Assembly: GCA_003971905.1 (NCBI GenBank) | Contig: RSEE01000001.1 | Location: 186,001 to 250,000 of the forward strand | DNA length: 64,000 nucleotides | Source: Moniliella sp. 'wahieum' | Taxonomy: Eukaryota | Reading direction: 5' to 3' | In this document: piece after piece, positions 37,988-50,800 of the stretch | Layout: each line of letters begins with the position of its first letter | Position numbering within the stretch: position 1 is the first letter of the stretch | Notes under the pieces: model-generated | Seen by the model: the letters and a program-made list of their open reading frames with translations, nothing else | Told to the model about the DNA's origin: nothing | Databases searched by the model: none | Position numbers and translations under genes: made by a program

Positions 37988-38863
37988 GGCGGTGGGGGGT
38001 AAAAGAGATGCGAATACCAAAAAATGCTGGCCATATTCAATTTCAATTTTGTCGGTTGGCGATGACTTCGATGACTTGGCCAGCTCCAGCGAAGGGCTTC
38101 TGATGGGGCAGCTATTGATTAGATGCATCGGGTTTGCTTCAAGAGCCCTTTCAACTGCCTTTACTTGAGCCGTATAAGCGCGACTTGTGCGCGACTTGTG
38201 CATGAGGCACCAAGCCGCGCATGGCTGCTGCAAGAGCATCACGTGCATCACGCGCACTACGCCTGATGCATGACATGCATGACAGCCGATGAGACGGAAG
38301 CTCACTCCAATTTCCAATTCTGCCGCGCGCGTCTGCCACTTCCCGCTTACCTCGTCTCGCTCTGCCCTCGTTCCTCCCGCCGCCGCCCCCAAGAAGAATG
38401 CACGCCAACTCAGAGTACCTGCAGCCTCCTTGCTATCTGGTCTCCTCTCCCGCTCAGTTTTGTCTGGCGCAGTGCAGTGCCAAAGAAGTTAACATCTCAC
38501 CGCGGTGCCCCCGCCATCGCCCCTCCCTCCTTTTCGCACAACCACAGCCCACGAACGTTGAGCACACAATGCACCAATGCGGGCCGCGCGAGGACTCCGC
38601 CTCGGCTGTCAGGCGGCCAAAGGGAGTAGAAATGTACATTGAGTAGAACCTGATCAGGAATACCTCATGGGTAAGCTGGAAGTAGCTAAAGCCATGCCTA
38701 GCATTGGTAACCTCCCCCCCCTCTCACGCACACGGGAGGGAGAAGCAAGACGTCGTCTCAGGGCGATGAGAAAATGGGATGGCACGGGCTTGTAAGGGCT
38801 TGTACGGGCTGATACGGGCTTCAGCGCGCGGCGCTAAGCGATTAAAGCTTAGGACCGGCATAA

Positions 38864-39516
38864 TCACATAAGCAAGCACCCTTCCTGCTTGGCCGACGGG
38901 GAGGGAGGCCTAGATGGTTCGGGCTGCATGCCCTTTTCGCTCTCTTGCAGGGCCAGCTGGAAGGCCTCGTCTGAACACGCCTCGTTGGGTTAGCATACGA
39001 CGTCAGTGTTGGCAAAAAGGAGCGGTACGCACCGACGTTGGTGTTGTCCAACGCTGACACCTCATATAGGGTACACCCAGGTCCTTGGCCAGCGCCTGGG
39101 CATCTTCCGCAGGCACCTGGCGGATCTGGTCCAAATCGGATTTTTGGCCAATGAGCACGGCGGGGATGACTTCGGTGCCAGTGTAATCAGTGATCTTGGC
39201 GTGGATCGTGGTGATAAGGTCAAAGGACGCGCGGCTGGATAGGGCAAAGACGAGGAGGTATGCATGGATACCGAGCGAGTGACGTGTATTGAGGATGCTG
39301 AACTCGTCCTGCCCCGCCGTGTCGTAGATCTCACACTGGAATGTACGCCCACGGTACTGGATGTCCTTCTGCAGCACGGTCTCGATGGTGGGGTAGTACT
39401 TATCGTCGAACTTTCCCTCGGTGTAGCGTTTGAGGAGGGATGACTTGCCAACGCCGCGCGAGCCCAATCACGAGCTTGCGCCGCAACTTCGTCTCGGGGT
39501 TGGCAAAGGAGGACAT
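38864..39516 (-). CDS. RHB1: Rheb small GTPase
   Basis: GSRGVGKSS (Rheb-typical Arg in the P-loop), YYPTIE, DTAGQDEFS; intron 38971-39032; C-terminal CAAX CLLM*. Confidence 0.93.
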
Positions 39517-39918
39517 GATGGTGGTTCAAAAGGACAGAGGTGTACGGGATCAGCTGGTGACAGCTCCAGCACGATTAACGTATCATCGTGTTGATTACCT
39601 AACGCATGGATCCTATTTTCTAAGGTCGAGATGAGGCTTTCACCATTCACCACGATTAAAAGCTTTTATGCATGCCAGTTGAAGTTCATCTTCGCAGCTC
39701 TCAACTCAGCCTGAGCACCAACCCCAACCTTCAGCGTCTCCAACCATTCGTGCCAACCATTCGTGTCAACCATCGTGTTCATGAGGTTACGAGTCCATAT
39801 CATATCCGCATTCTCTAGTGTCATCGGCCTCGATTCACATTCATCCATCTTCACATCCACAGCATCTCAAGAAGTACCGCGGGTTTCAAGCTGCGCTACC
39901 TGTAGCACACTGATTAGG

Positions 39919-41881
39919 CTACAAGCAATCCAGATGATCGATGAGTACTGAGTGGGCATAATCGATAATCAGAGTAACATAGCTGACTTGAAGGCAGAGA
40001 GTGATCATAATCGATGTATGTGCCGCGGCATGCTTCTCAGATGTCATACATATAAGCGGGCAGATATAGTACTCCCGGCCTGGATGGTTTTGACGAGCGT
40101 TTTGGACCCGATTCAGGCGTCCCAAAAGGCGTCCCAGTCGGCCTCAGTAGGCGCAGCGATAAGCGCATCGAGTCGCCCCAGCAGTCCCTGGATCATCTCC
40201 ATCTGCTCCCCCAAAAGCGCAGCTGAAAAGTCCACCAACCTCTGGCCATCAGGAGGCAGTGAGGTCATTTGTTGCACGCGCGCGAGCGCAGCGGCGTATC
40301 GCGGAGCCGGGCAAGCGCGCCGAAGGGCGTGGCAAGGAGCTTGGCCGCGTTGAGCGAGTTGCCTGCCGACCGCACTAGCCCCGACACGGCCTTCTGCCAC
40401 CGATCCAGGTTTTGCTGTGTTGCTTCGTGGTCGGATTTGTAACAGGAAAGACACCACATGGTCATGGTGGTACGCCAACTAGGGTGGGTAGGTACCGGCT
40501 GCTCTTGGATAGTCCAATCACCTGCGTACCCTGCTTCGTCCAGTACGGTGCGGGGGTGAAGCGGGTGGCCCGGTTCCAACTTCAACATCAAGGCCAGCCC
40601 CTCCAGCACAGCGTTCACTGCCTCGTCTAGATTCACGTCGTTGTATCGGTTCCATCCGGTTTTGTCATCGCGTGTCAGGACAAAGCCATACTCAGCAAAG
40701 AGGAACTGAAGTCAGAAGCAGGCTTGGGTCAGGACCGATAGTTACTAACACGGCAGGAAAAACACAGTCAACGTACCGGGTTCGAATGCGGGCCGTACTG
40801 GAGGCAGATGGCATCGCCTTTGCGCAGCCCGCGCCAATGATCTCCATCCTTCTGCGCGTCGGTATTGGGTGGAGCGCACAGGTCCAACCCCCCACGCGCG
40901 GTGTGGTGCACGCGAAACGCGGTCGCAAGGTCATTCGTATGATTTGCCATATCAATAATGGGCATCAAGGTAAAGTTGTCAGCTCGTGGAGCAAGTTGCA
41001 GCTCGTAGAAGATGCACCGGCTGGGTCGGTGAGGAAGCAAAGGTCAGATCTGCAATACCCACAAGCAGCACAGGGGAAACACTGTTTACGCATAGCCAGC
41101 CCCAGACAAATACCTCCTTCGAAAGAAGAGGGAGAGGCGTACGCCAGCGCTCGGGAGTTGGCACATCGGGGAAGAGACGATCGCGAAGCGCGTTGGTGGT
41201 GGGAACATGCTCGTAGGCAGTACAAGTTGCGGCCCAGTCGCGACGGAAACGATGGTAGACCGCTTCTACCAGGGTGCGCACCCGAGGGGTGAAGGAGGCC
41301 CAGAGAGTCGAATAAAATTCATACGAGTCCGACGGTGGGCGAGCAATGCGGTGGGCATACAGGTAGATCCAGAGTGGGTGGGTGGAGAAGAGGGAATCGG
41401 GCATGCTATCAATCATCGGGGTGAAAGTAGCGAGAGGGGGAGGTAGCCTGTCGCGAGGGAACTGACGACAAACTGCAAGATAGAGCGCAACAAGTGCAGT
41501 GTGGCTCAGAGGACCAGGCGTTGCGTGGGAGTCGACGGTACCAGGGCGGGCATGAGAGGCAGTACCCCAGTCGGGATTGCGCTCATGGTCATCCACAGCG
41601 GTTGGGGGTTCTGGGAGTGGGGCCCAAAGAGGGGAGGGGCGTGGGATGAGAGATGGAGGAAAGACGGAGCGAATAGTCTTGATATTGAGCAGGGCACTGG
41701 ACGGCACACTGAGTACGGTCTGGCCAGGGACGACGGCGTCGGCGAGAACGAGGGTGCGGCCCTGGTCTGGGGTGTGGTGAATGTGCACAAGCGGGGGGCG
41801 GGGCTCCTGGGGCGCACCAGAAGAGCTGGGCGCAGTCTGAGCCGAGTGTGCTGCGACAAAGTCCAGCAGCAATTGCTCCAT
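39919..41881 (-). CDS. SET-domain lysine methyltransferase (Rkm2/SETD4-like, Rubisco-LSMT type)
   Basis: GRTLV..GQTVLSVPSSALLN, FVWGWLCVNS.RC, TLMPIIDMANH, KGDAICLQYGPHSN. Confidence 0.85.
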
Positions 41882-42304
41882 TGGACCTCTGAGCTCGAGC
41901 TTCAAGACGGGGCGCGGGAGCCAGCCAGCGTGGTTGAGAAGGTGCAGGGTGGGGATGCTTTGGGCGAGAAAATCCAAGTGCAGCAGGCCAATGAACAATG
42001 GAATTAATGGCCGTCGATATCTAACGTTCAAAAATCTGAGCCTTTGCTAGTAGCGCGTAGGCCATTTTTGCCATTTGAAAGCTGGAAAGACGCAGGAAAG
42101 CGCGTGCGGTTGCAATTGAAACCAAGCGCAGCTGGTTATACGTGCGAGCTGGCACGAATAGGTGCGCTTATTTCATCTACGTCCTTAGCTAAGAATTAGT
42201 CCTGAACCCCGCCAAAGCTGAGGCCGTGCACTGACCTCTCCTTGGTGGGTTCATCGCGGCCTCCTCGTCTCCCGCCACCGCTGTCAACACACACCCCAGT
42301 TACC

Positions 42305-42843
42305 ATGGCCGACGCCCTCACTGAGCTCACGTCCTTTGTCAAGGACTTCTATGTTCTCTCCGACAAGAACACCGGCCCCAGTCCTGCCCAGTACGCCGCC
42401 GCCTTTGCACCGGAGCCAGATCTGGAGTACGTTCAGGTTGGCGCTATGGCCCCTGCCACAACTCTTGCGGCCATCAGTGCCTGGCGCGCACCAGCTTGGG
42501 AGGACATTTTGCGTCGCCATCACCGTGTTCATGGAATTATATCCCGCGGCCGGTTTGCCGCTGACGACAACTGGTCCGTGGGACGTGCTGGTCCGCGGGG
42601 ACCTTGCGTCGGGCCGAAAGGATGGCTCGCTCCGCTATGTTAGCTTCACTTCGCGGTTCAAGGTGGCCGCGCTCAATGCAAATGGCGAGCGTAAAATCAC
42701 GTTGTACCAAGTCTGGCTGGTACGTGGACCTGCTTTCGACAACGAAGGCTGTTTTTTTCTGTGCGGATGGACTAACCAAGGAAAAACAGACCCCCGAATC
42801 AATTACCCCGGAGGCTCAAGCCGAGTACAACAAGTTGGCGTGA
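42305..42843 (+). CDS. Small hypothetical protein, SnoaL/NTF2-like fungal family
   Basis: FVKDFYVLSD..YAAAF..WEDILRRHHRV..VLVRGD..KITLYQVWL. Probable intron at about 42720-42789 (GTACGT..ACTAAC..CAG). Confidence 0.6.
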
Positions 42844-43925
42844 TATTCATTGTTGTGAGGGGTCGCTACCTGGAGGAATTGACCAGGGAAAACATGGCTC
42901 GAAAATGAGAGTCGAACCCATGACTTCATTTCTTGATCCGGGACGCGTATCCGCCTCGCTCTCCAGTTGGGGCTGGAGCAGCTGCAGAACCACACAGTCT
43001 AGCAATTGTCATTCTCATTTATCTCCTGCATGCGATCCCTTTCTGTATGCTTTTTTCTGCGCAATACGGTACTACCGAAGGATGCTCATCAAAATGCATG
43101 ATGGGGTTAAGTCCAGGTTGGAATACGGAAAGAGGCATATGCCTGCGCCAGGCGGGAATGGGTTGGACGTGGTGTGTTTGTGAATGAGCACACAAGAGTC
43201 GGTATGCGGGCTATTCGTCCACGGAGGTTGCTGTTTCTACCGATGCAAAAGACCTCTCTGGTACAGGCTAATGTAGTAAGATCACGCCCAAAAGGAGTTA
43301 CATTATTTCTTGTGTGCTGTATACTCTGGAGGGGGGGGGGTGCCGATGATGCGTTCGTCGATGAACTTGATTCCACAACGGGAAACGCCGCATAATCAGC
43401 AGCTGGCCCCGGAGAGCTTCAGCAGCTAGCTAACGAGCTTCCGTGTGCCCCAAGACAAGATAAATCCACACCCAGATGCATCAAGTATAGTCACTCCGTC
43501 GGGTGCTCAATACCAGTGTGCTGACGCTCCACACACCACCAGGGTTAACCTGGTGGCCTAGTGACCTAGTGACCGCTCTGACCCTCCTTACATCGGAAGG
43601 GTGCGTGCAGTCGATGCCAGGGAACGACAACTTCGGAGCAGGCAAGCCCGGGGGAGGTGTGGGGTGCTGGGAACAACACCAGACCCTCAGTACTGTCCCC
43701 GTGCAGTGCGTGTCTGCGGAGTTAGTCGCGAGGGATGTTTTTGGTAAGCATCGCTTCGCACCAGAGCATGTAGAACCGCATCTACTCGGTGTAGACCCAG
43801 CTGTGCCAGCCAGGAAAGGAGCACTAGGCCAGTCCCGACCTGTCCGCAGTACCTGCTCTCCACTCCGACCCATAAAGGACAAAAGCACAGGTGGTAGTAC
43901 TATAATACCACACAACACATGCCGG

Positions 43926-46060
43926 ATGAACGGGTCGGTTTAGGTTCAGCGTTTCTTTGTCCCAGCCACAAGCTCTGCCCAAGGATATGCATACCGAATA
44001 GACCTTCAACACGCGGATCCCCCCGACCCAGTCTCCAAGACCAACCAACTTAACTGGGGAGGGCTGCCTCAGCCGCGCAGCAAGTACCCTCACCGGCTTA
44101 TCCACCATTGCCCTCTCACTCCAGAGACCCAGACAAGCCTCGAAAAGCTCCATCCTGTTGGAGATGCGAACCCCTTCAACCTCGGTTCGGGCACAGCCTT
44201 TGGCAACACAACCCGCCGCACTCATCCTTCCCATCATACAGGCCGAGTGGTATCGCCGAGCACCTCACCCCCGCCGACGCGACGGACAGTAACCGTGTCT
44301 GTCAGACTCACGCCGTGCTAGGGGGCCCTTGGCCCACTAGGCCCGTATGGGCACTATGGCGTGATTCTTATCAGTTGGGAGATCCTGTGTCCACCTCTCG
44401 ACTGTGCCCCCTTCCTGAGGAGGTACATATACCTCCTGTGCGTCCATAGATGTATGCAATCTATCTGCACCCTTTCCCCCATCTCCGTTCCTGACAGGTT
44501 AGATCCCACTCAGCCTTCCAGGCTCGCGAGCCCCGCGGACATCTCTCCTCCACGGCCTCGGCCGCCCTCCTCCCCGCCCCCGATGTCCGCCCGTCCGCAC
44601 GGCACACTGCCGCCGTGCGCTGACTTCTACCAGGACGCCTTGCAGGTCGGCGTCAGGCCCCTCACCCCCCTCCCGTGGCCGCTGTCCCCCACGCGGACCC
44701 CCTCCCCGCCACGGCGCGTGAGACGGCCCCTTCCGTTCCGGAATCCCCTACCCCTGGCCTGGCCGTGACCGACGCTCGCGCCCTCATCACCGCCACTATT
44801 CAGGCCCTCCTCCCCTACCTCTACTTCCCCGCCCACCCCACCCCTGCTGCCCGCCGCTCCGCCATCCCTCTCCTGACAGTGTCGAGGGGATTTGGACGAA
44901 ATCGACTTTGTGCCACTTTGATTGCCACATTTCCATCGATGTTGGGGCAAGTCTATCCGGGTGGACCCAACCCCTCCTACGTGCGGCCCTCGAATGCGAC
45001 CGCTCCGTTGACTTTCTCACCGCCCTCACCAAGGGTATTTACCACGGAACTGCTCCGGACCGTGTGCTCCTGCTTGCCTCCCGCCTTACCCCCCTTGGAG
45101 AAGGCAACGACGGGAGGTATCCGCCCCATGGCCTTTGGGGAGCTGATCTACGGCCTGTGTGCCAAAGGCATCACTGGAGCGACCGCTCCCGATAGCTGGC
45201 TTCTCCCCATCACTCAGCTGCGAGTAGCATCGCAAAACAGAGTGGAGCCTATCGGGCGGATGGTCGAGCGCATGGCAGCGACATGCGGGGAGAATGACGA
45301 GAGGGAGGGGGAGCTGGACGATGTATTGGCCGAAATTGATGCCTTCATCTGCACGGAGTTCAGACGGATCCAGAGCGACGAGGACCCCCAAGGTATGAAG
45401 GATGGCCACTTCGACATCTTCATGAGCTTTTGCCTCTCCGGATGGGAGGATGCGGCAGGCAGCCCGCTCTACTTGTATATCGCGCCCCATGCACGTGCTG
45501 CGGCCAACGAGGTCAACGACTATCTTATATTACCACTTATGATGACCGTCGGATGCACGCACGGCGACGGCGAACGCATTTACGAAGGAACGCCAGCGCT
45601 GCCGGGAGATGAGAGAGAAGAGCCGACAAGGACAGCTCCAGAAGCTGGACGATGCCGGCGGTCGCAATGTGGTCGAGCACAGCAACCCGCTCAGCCACAC
45701 TTGGCTCTCCTCCCCATTCCATCAGCCCGTGCCTCCGGCTCAGCGACAAGCATGTTGAGGTTTGGTCTCCAGACCGCACGCTGTGCTGCTCCATACGCAG
45801 CATATGTCCATCCCCGACGCCCACATCCACAACGAGCCGACTGTGGAGGAGGAGGATGGGACGAGGCGTGGGAGGAAGGTAATGCGCACTGATTACAGCG
45901 TGATGGGGCCTGGAGCAATCGGAGGATCAGGAATGGAGGAGGACCACGCTGCTCAACTCGGGAACGCAGGAGGCGCTGGCTGCGTACCGGAAGGTGCCCA
46001 ACCCTACTCTCCAGCGTGGAACGGGGGCTACGAGGGCGAACAGGATGGAACGGTGGCTAA
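43926..46060 (+). mobile_element. Degenerate, rearranged CRE/Cnl1-like non-LTR retrotransposon
   Basis: EGCLSRAA..EKLHPVG; SGWTQPLL..LLASRL.PLEKATTGGIRPMAFGELIY; thumb motif LPLRMGGCG; LRLSD; RLE start (NEP..RTDYSVMGPGAIGGSGME). No YxDD seen. Confidence 0.8.
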
Positions 46061-46150
46061 GGTGGCGAGCAGGCTGGGAGTGAAGCTTGAAGCCCCATCA
46101 GGTGACCGGCCCGCAGGCCCGGTGGTCTCCTAGTTGGAAAAAAGATGGAA

Positions 46151-46206
46151 CGGCAAGCGGGGAGCGGCAAGCGGGGAGCGGCAAGCGGGGAGCGGCAAGC
46201 GGGGAG
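46151..46206. repeat. 14-bp tandem repeat (CGGCAAGCGGGGAG) x4
   Basis: Four consecutive copies, with a 7+7 substructure. Confidence 0.9.
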
Positions 46207-46399
46207 AGGATAACGCAGACACTGTCAAGGCAGGCCTGAAATTTGAAATGCAAAACGGGACTGAGAAGCGGAAAAGAGGGTCCAAAGGAGCCGATGGGCG
46301 ATCGTGAGGTGTGACGCGTGAGGTGTGACGTGTGAGTATCTGGCCGAGAGTATGTGCTTGCAGGCCACTGCGACACTCTACCACCCCCTCCGTGACAGG

Positions 46400-46715
46400 G
46401 TGATGCATGATGCATGATATATGATGCACGTTGCATGACATGTGCATGCCACATGTCACATGTCACGTGTCACATGCATCACATGTCATGCATGTCACTA
46501 GTCACTAGTCACTCTAGTCACTAGTCACTGTGACATGTAGAACTGCAGGTGGCTGGTGGCGGCCACTGGGGCCGGGACACTGGTGGGGTGCGGCCCCGTG
46601 GTAGGAAGGAAGCTTCGGGCCCAGCAGCAGCCTGTGGTCACCTAATTCAGCGACGGGCTGGAGCAGGCCATAGCCCGTCAAGCTAGTCACTAGTCACTAG
46701 TCCTAGTCACTTGCC
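46400..46715. repeat. Dense 7-bp palindromic microsatellite array (TGA-TGCA / TCA-CATG / TCA-CTAG)
   Basis: TNA triplets spaced mostly 7 nt apart (occasionally 9) from 46401 to 46531, and a second run at 46683-46712. Confidence 0.9.
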
Positions 46716-47823
46716 ACTCGCCCAGCGCAGGATAGCGCACTGCTGGCTCAAATCTTTCCTCAGCGTGCGGGTTGCAATGCAACGCAGGCAACGTTGTAAA
46801 ACGCTGACGGCGAACGCTTTGATCGGGATCACGCGTCACGCTTTTATTACATGGTAACCGGTAAATCCGGTAAATGCTAATGCACTAATGCTCCCTGTTG
46901 CATGTTACCGGTTGAAGCTTCGCGCTTACCACTCTCAGCGCTCGCAGCCCCGGCCCAGGCCTCAAGCTTCAAGGCATCAGGATCCAGTGGGCTGGTCCTA
47001 TACAGCCGGTTGCATGGTACACATGCTGTGGGCTGCTACAGCGTGCTACAGCTGCTCTAGCTGGGCTGGCTGGGCTGGCTATTGAGACGCTGGCTGATGT
47101 CACTCCACTCTCCACGGGTTGGGCCGGGTGATGATCGATGATCGATGTCGATGACTGCCAGTGCCCCCGTATGCTCGGTGGTGAAACACATGCATACGTA
47201 CCGGGTACCTCGTTGGCCACGGCAGCACCGTGGATCGGAGGCAGCCGAGGAGGTGGCACTTGGTGGCACCTGGGGCCTGGAGGCCGAGATGGCACAGGCC
47301 CGTGCTGCTACGCACTAACAAAGCGCTATCGTGTATCGGGGGACATGCGATGGATGATGCACGCATACGTGAGCGCTGAGCGGCTGAGCGCCCAGGCTAA
47401 GCGCAGGATGCGTCCGATCGGACTGCAGGGGCAGCCACGGCAGACGCACTGGCGCACGCTCTGTGCACGCAGCAGCATGCTTTGAACATTGCAGCTCGCA
47501 CCCCTCGGCCTCAGCATCTCGGATCTCAGATCTCACGCGTCACGCATCCACTCTCGGGCCTGCGTACTGCGTCTCAGACAGCATCCAACGCCCCGTGCAG
47601 GCAGCCCGCAGCCCGTACGCGGCCGGCCAAGCCCCGTCCGTATTCCATCCGCTCTGCGCCGCCCCTTCCGCTCCCACGTCCCAGCCCCTCCTGCCCGCCA
47701 CCGCCACCGCCACCCTCACCACCACCACTACCCCCCTCATCACCACCACCCGCCCAATTAGCCCCCCCTGCACACGCCCCCCCCCCCTCGCGGCGAGTGC
47801 CACACCAATATTCCTTCCTCATC

Positions 47824-50800
47824 ATGGACCCCCGCCGCCCCCCCGACATGACCGTCGCCCCCTCCCTCGACCCTTCCGAGTGGGAAAAGTGGCTGGCACG
47901 CTACCGGGCGGGCACGTGGAAGGATCCCAGCATGCCCCTCCTTCCCCGCTCCGCCTCGTCCCGCATCATACCCACCATTCCTCCTCTGCTTCCCAAGCCC
48001 AAGCGGGCAGCGTCGAGCGTCCACGCTAAACGGGCAGGCGTCTCCTTCGAGACCTCCTTGGCCAGCGCTGCGTCCGCCACCGCCGCTCATGGCACTTCCG
48101 CCTCCGCTGCGTCCAAGTCCCGTCGCCAGCAACGACGCCAGGCGCGTCGCGAACAGAATTTTGTAACCGACGCAGCCGGCGAGCGGCTGAACACACTCGG
48201 TGCGTATACGTTTTCCCTCTTTTTCACCCAGCGATTGTGCCCAGCCCTGCGCACGAAACTCGGGTCTTGATCTCCAGTGGGGTTCCTCTGTGAGCTAATC
48301 TTCATGTCCCTGCAGACTTTTTCAAGAAACATGGGTACATGAATGCCCCCAATGTGCTGGGCAAGAAACGCTCGCGTCGTGCTGCGCTCATCCGCCATGG
48401 GCTGTATCCATTGAAAAACCACCCTTTTCTCCAACGCTACGTCACGTTTCTTCAGACAGCCTTCAAAGTGCCCTATGCTGCAGTGACCATGCCGTCCGAG
48501 AACCAAGAAAACATTAGCATTGTGTCCCAATCGGGGGGCGATGCGAACATCACAAGCATCCCACGGTATAAATCCCTGTGTTCGCACGCAATGCTCCAGG
48601 ATGGACTGTTCATCGTGGAGGACATGCTGCAAGACTGGCGGTTCAAAGAATCTCCTTCCGCTCTTGGCGAGGGGTTTGAGGCCGTCGAGGACGGGCAGAC
48701 GTTTCGCTTTTACGCCGCGGTGCCCATCAAACTGTCTCTCCCGGCGCAGGATCCACGCTTTCCCGATGAGCACGTTGATGTCGGCCGGCTGATGATTATG
48801 GACCATATGCCTCGCACGCTCGACGATGCTGATTTGCATGTGCTCAACGACATCTCATTTATGGTGTCCGAAGCGTTTGACAATGCCTATCGTGAGCAAT
48901 TGGGCGAGAAGACGGCAAGGATGGCCCAGAGCTTGGGGTATCTGGCACTATCGGTTGACAATCCCAAGTTGCTGCGCAAGTTCAACAAGATACCCACGGG
49001 CGGGAGCATGACTTCATCTACCTCGGAAACGTCCGAATTGGACGAAGAGACCGAGTCGTGTCAGCGCACCCAACTTGTCTGTCAATCGCTCCGGTCCACT
49101 CTGAATGCCGAGACGGCGTTTGCGATTGACGTGCGAGAGCTCAATTTGAATGTGCCCAAACCACGCAGCCATCGGGATCGCCAAAAGCGCCGCGCCGCAT
49201 TCCCCCGTGCATCTTGGTCCCAGTCCTCCATCTCCCCGCTGCCTACACCCGAAACAGAATTCCCCTTCACCACATTCAAGCCCTCCTCCTCCACCGGCAC
49301 TTCCGTCACGGTCCCGTCCACTTCGGCCTCAGCGGTTTCTACGCCCATCCCCGTCCCGTCCGCCCCCCGGCCGCGGTACCGGAGCTATCGTCCCCCAAAA
49401 TGGACAACTCCGAGGCCTACTCGCCCGGCTCGACCAACCTGTCCACTCCCACCTCCGTCGCCCCGGGTCACGGCAGCCTACATTCCCGACACCATCACCT
49501 ACGGTCCCGATCTCTCTCGTCTCCAGTTGGGCCATAATCCGGCCGGGGAGGAGGAGGGTGGGGAGCAAGCTGTTCTGCATGCGTTTGATGGGCCGAACGA
49601 AGAGGAGATGCCCGATGTGAGTTCGATTGAGGCCGTGCGGGAGTTGAAAGAGCTGTTGTCGATCGCCCAGCAATCCCACAACCCGGGCCAAGCGCACTTT
49701 TGGGCGCATTTGCCCGATGGCGGTAGCAACTACCCTACCGATTCCGAACATGAACCGTCCACGACCGGCTCGGCGTCCAACCCGGGCATCTCGGACACGT
49801 CGGATGGTTCGGTCGACTTTAGTCCGCTGTCGGCAATTGTGACCAAGCAGACGCGGATGTACGCCACGGTGCCTGTCTTGTCGGCGTCGCGGACCAAGAT
49901 TCGCCAAGTGCTGGTGATTACGTTTACGGCGCTCCAAGCGCTGGACCAATCCGATCTTCTCTTTCTCCATGCGGCCGCCAACATTTTGCATACCTCCTCA
50001 CACGCCAAGAGGCCGCGGCGGCCGAGCAGGCGCAACTCGCGTTTATCCAGACGGTGCAGCATGAGCTTCGGACGCCGTTGCATGGCATTTTGGGTGTAGC
50101 GGAGGACCTGCGTCACGCGCTGCACAACCGCTCCCTCGGGACCGAAGCCGAAAAACACTGTTTGACCGAACATGAGTACCTCGATCGTTCGCTCGAGGTG
50201 ATTGAGCTGGCCGGCTCGTCGCTCACGCGTCTGCTGGACGACGTGCTGGACTTTGGCCAGGTGACCGGCGTCAAGTCCACCTCGGATCCCATTTCGCGCG
50301 CGGGCAAGGTGGATGAGACGGAGGTGTTTGAGACGCTGGACATTGCTGATTGGATCGAGGGGTTGGGGCGGCAAATCTATGCGTACGAAAAGATGATGCG
50401 GCGGGTCAAGTCGGGCCAGTTGACCTTGTCGCGTGCCAAGGAGAACCGACAGATGCCGGACTTCATCATCATCCTTTCCGACGAGGTGCGCGCCTGGTCC
50501 TGGGTCACCCGCACCACTACCCTGACCAAAGTCTTGTCCCGTATCGTTGGCAACGCGTTCCGCTTCACCCGCGCGGGCGAAATTGAGTTGCGAGTGCACG
50601 TGGTGGAAGGCCAAGGCAACGAGGACAAACTCCTGTTCACCATCTCGGACACGGGCGCTGGTATGTCCCAAGAGTTTATCCGCAACCAACTCTTCCGTCC
50701 GTTTACCAAGGGATCTTCCTTCACCCCGGGCGCCGGACTGGGCATGACGTTGGTCGCGCTGCTGGCGCAGGAGATGAATGCTCAGCTGCACGTCACTTCC

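Noticed and set aside
40775..40795. GGTTCGAAT resembling a tRNA T-loop
   Set aside because: It lies in the SET gene coding region with no cloverleaf; no tRNA or rRNA gene was recognised in the window.
37159..41881. TPT1-Rheb-SET methyltransferase as a functional gene cluster
   Set aside because: Unrelated housekeeping functions; co-orientation alone is not evidence.
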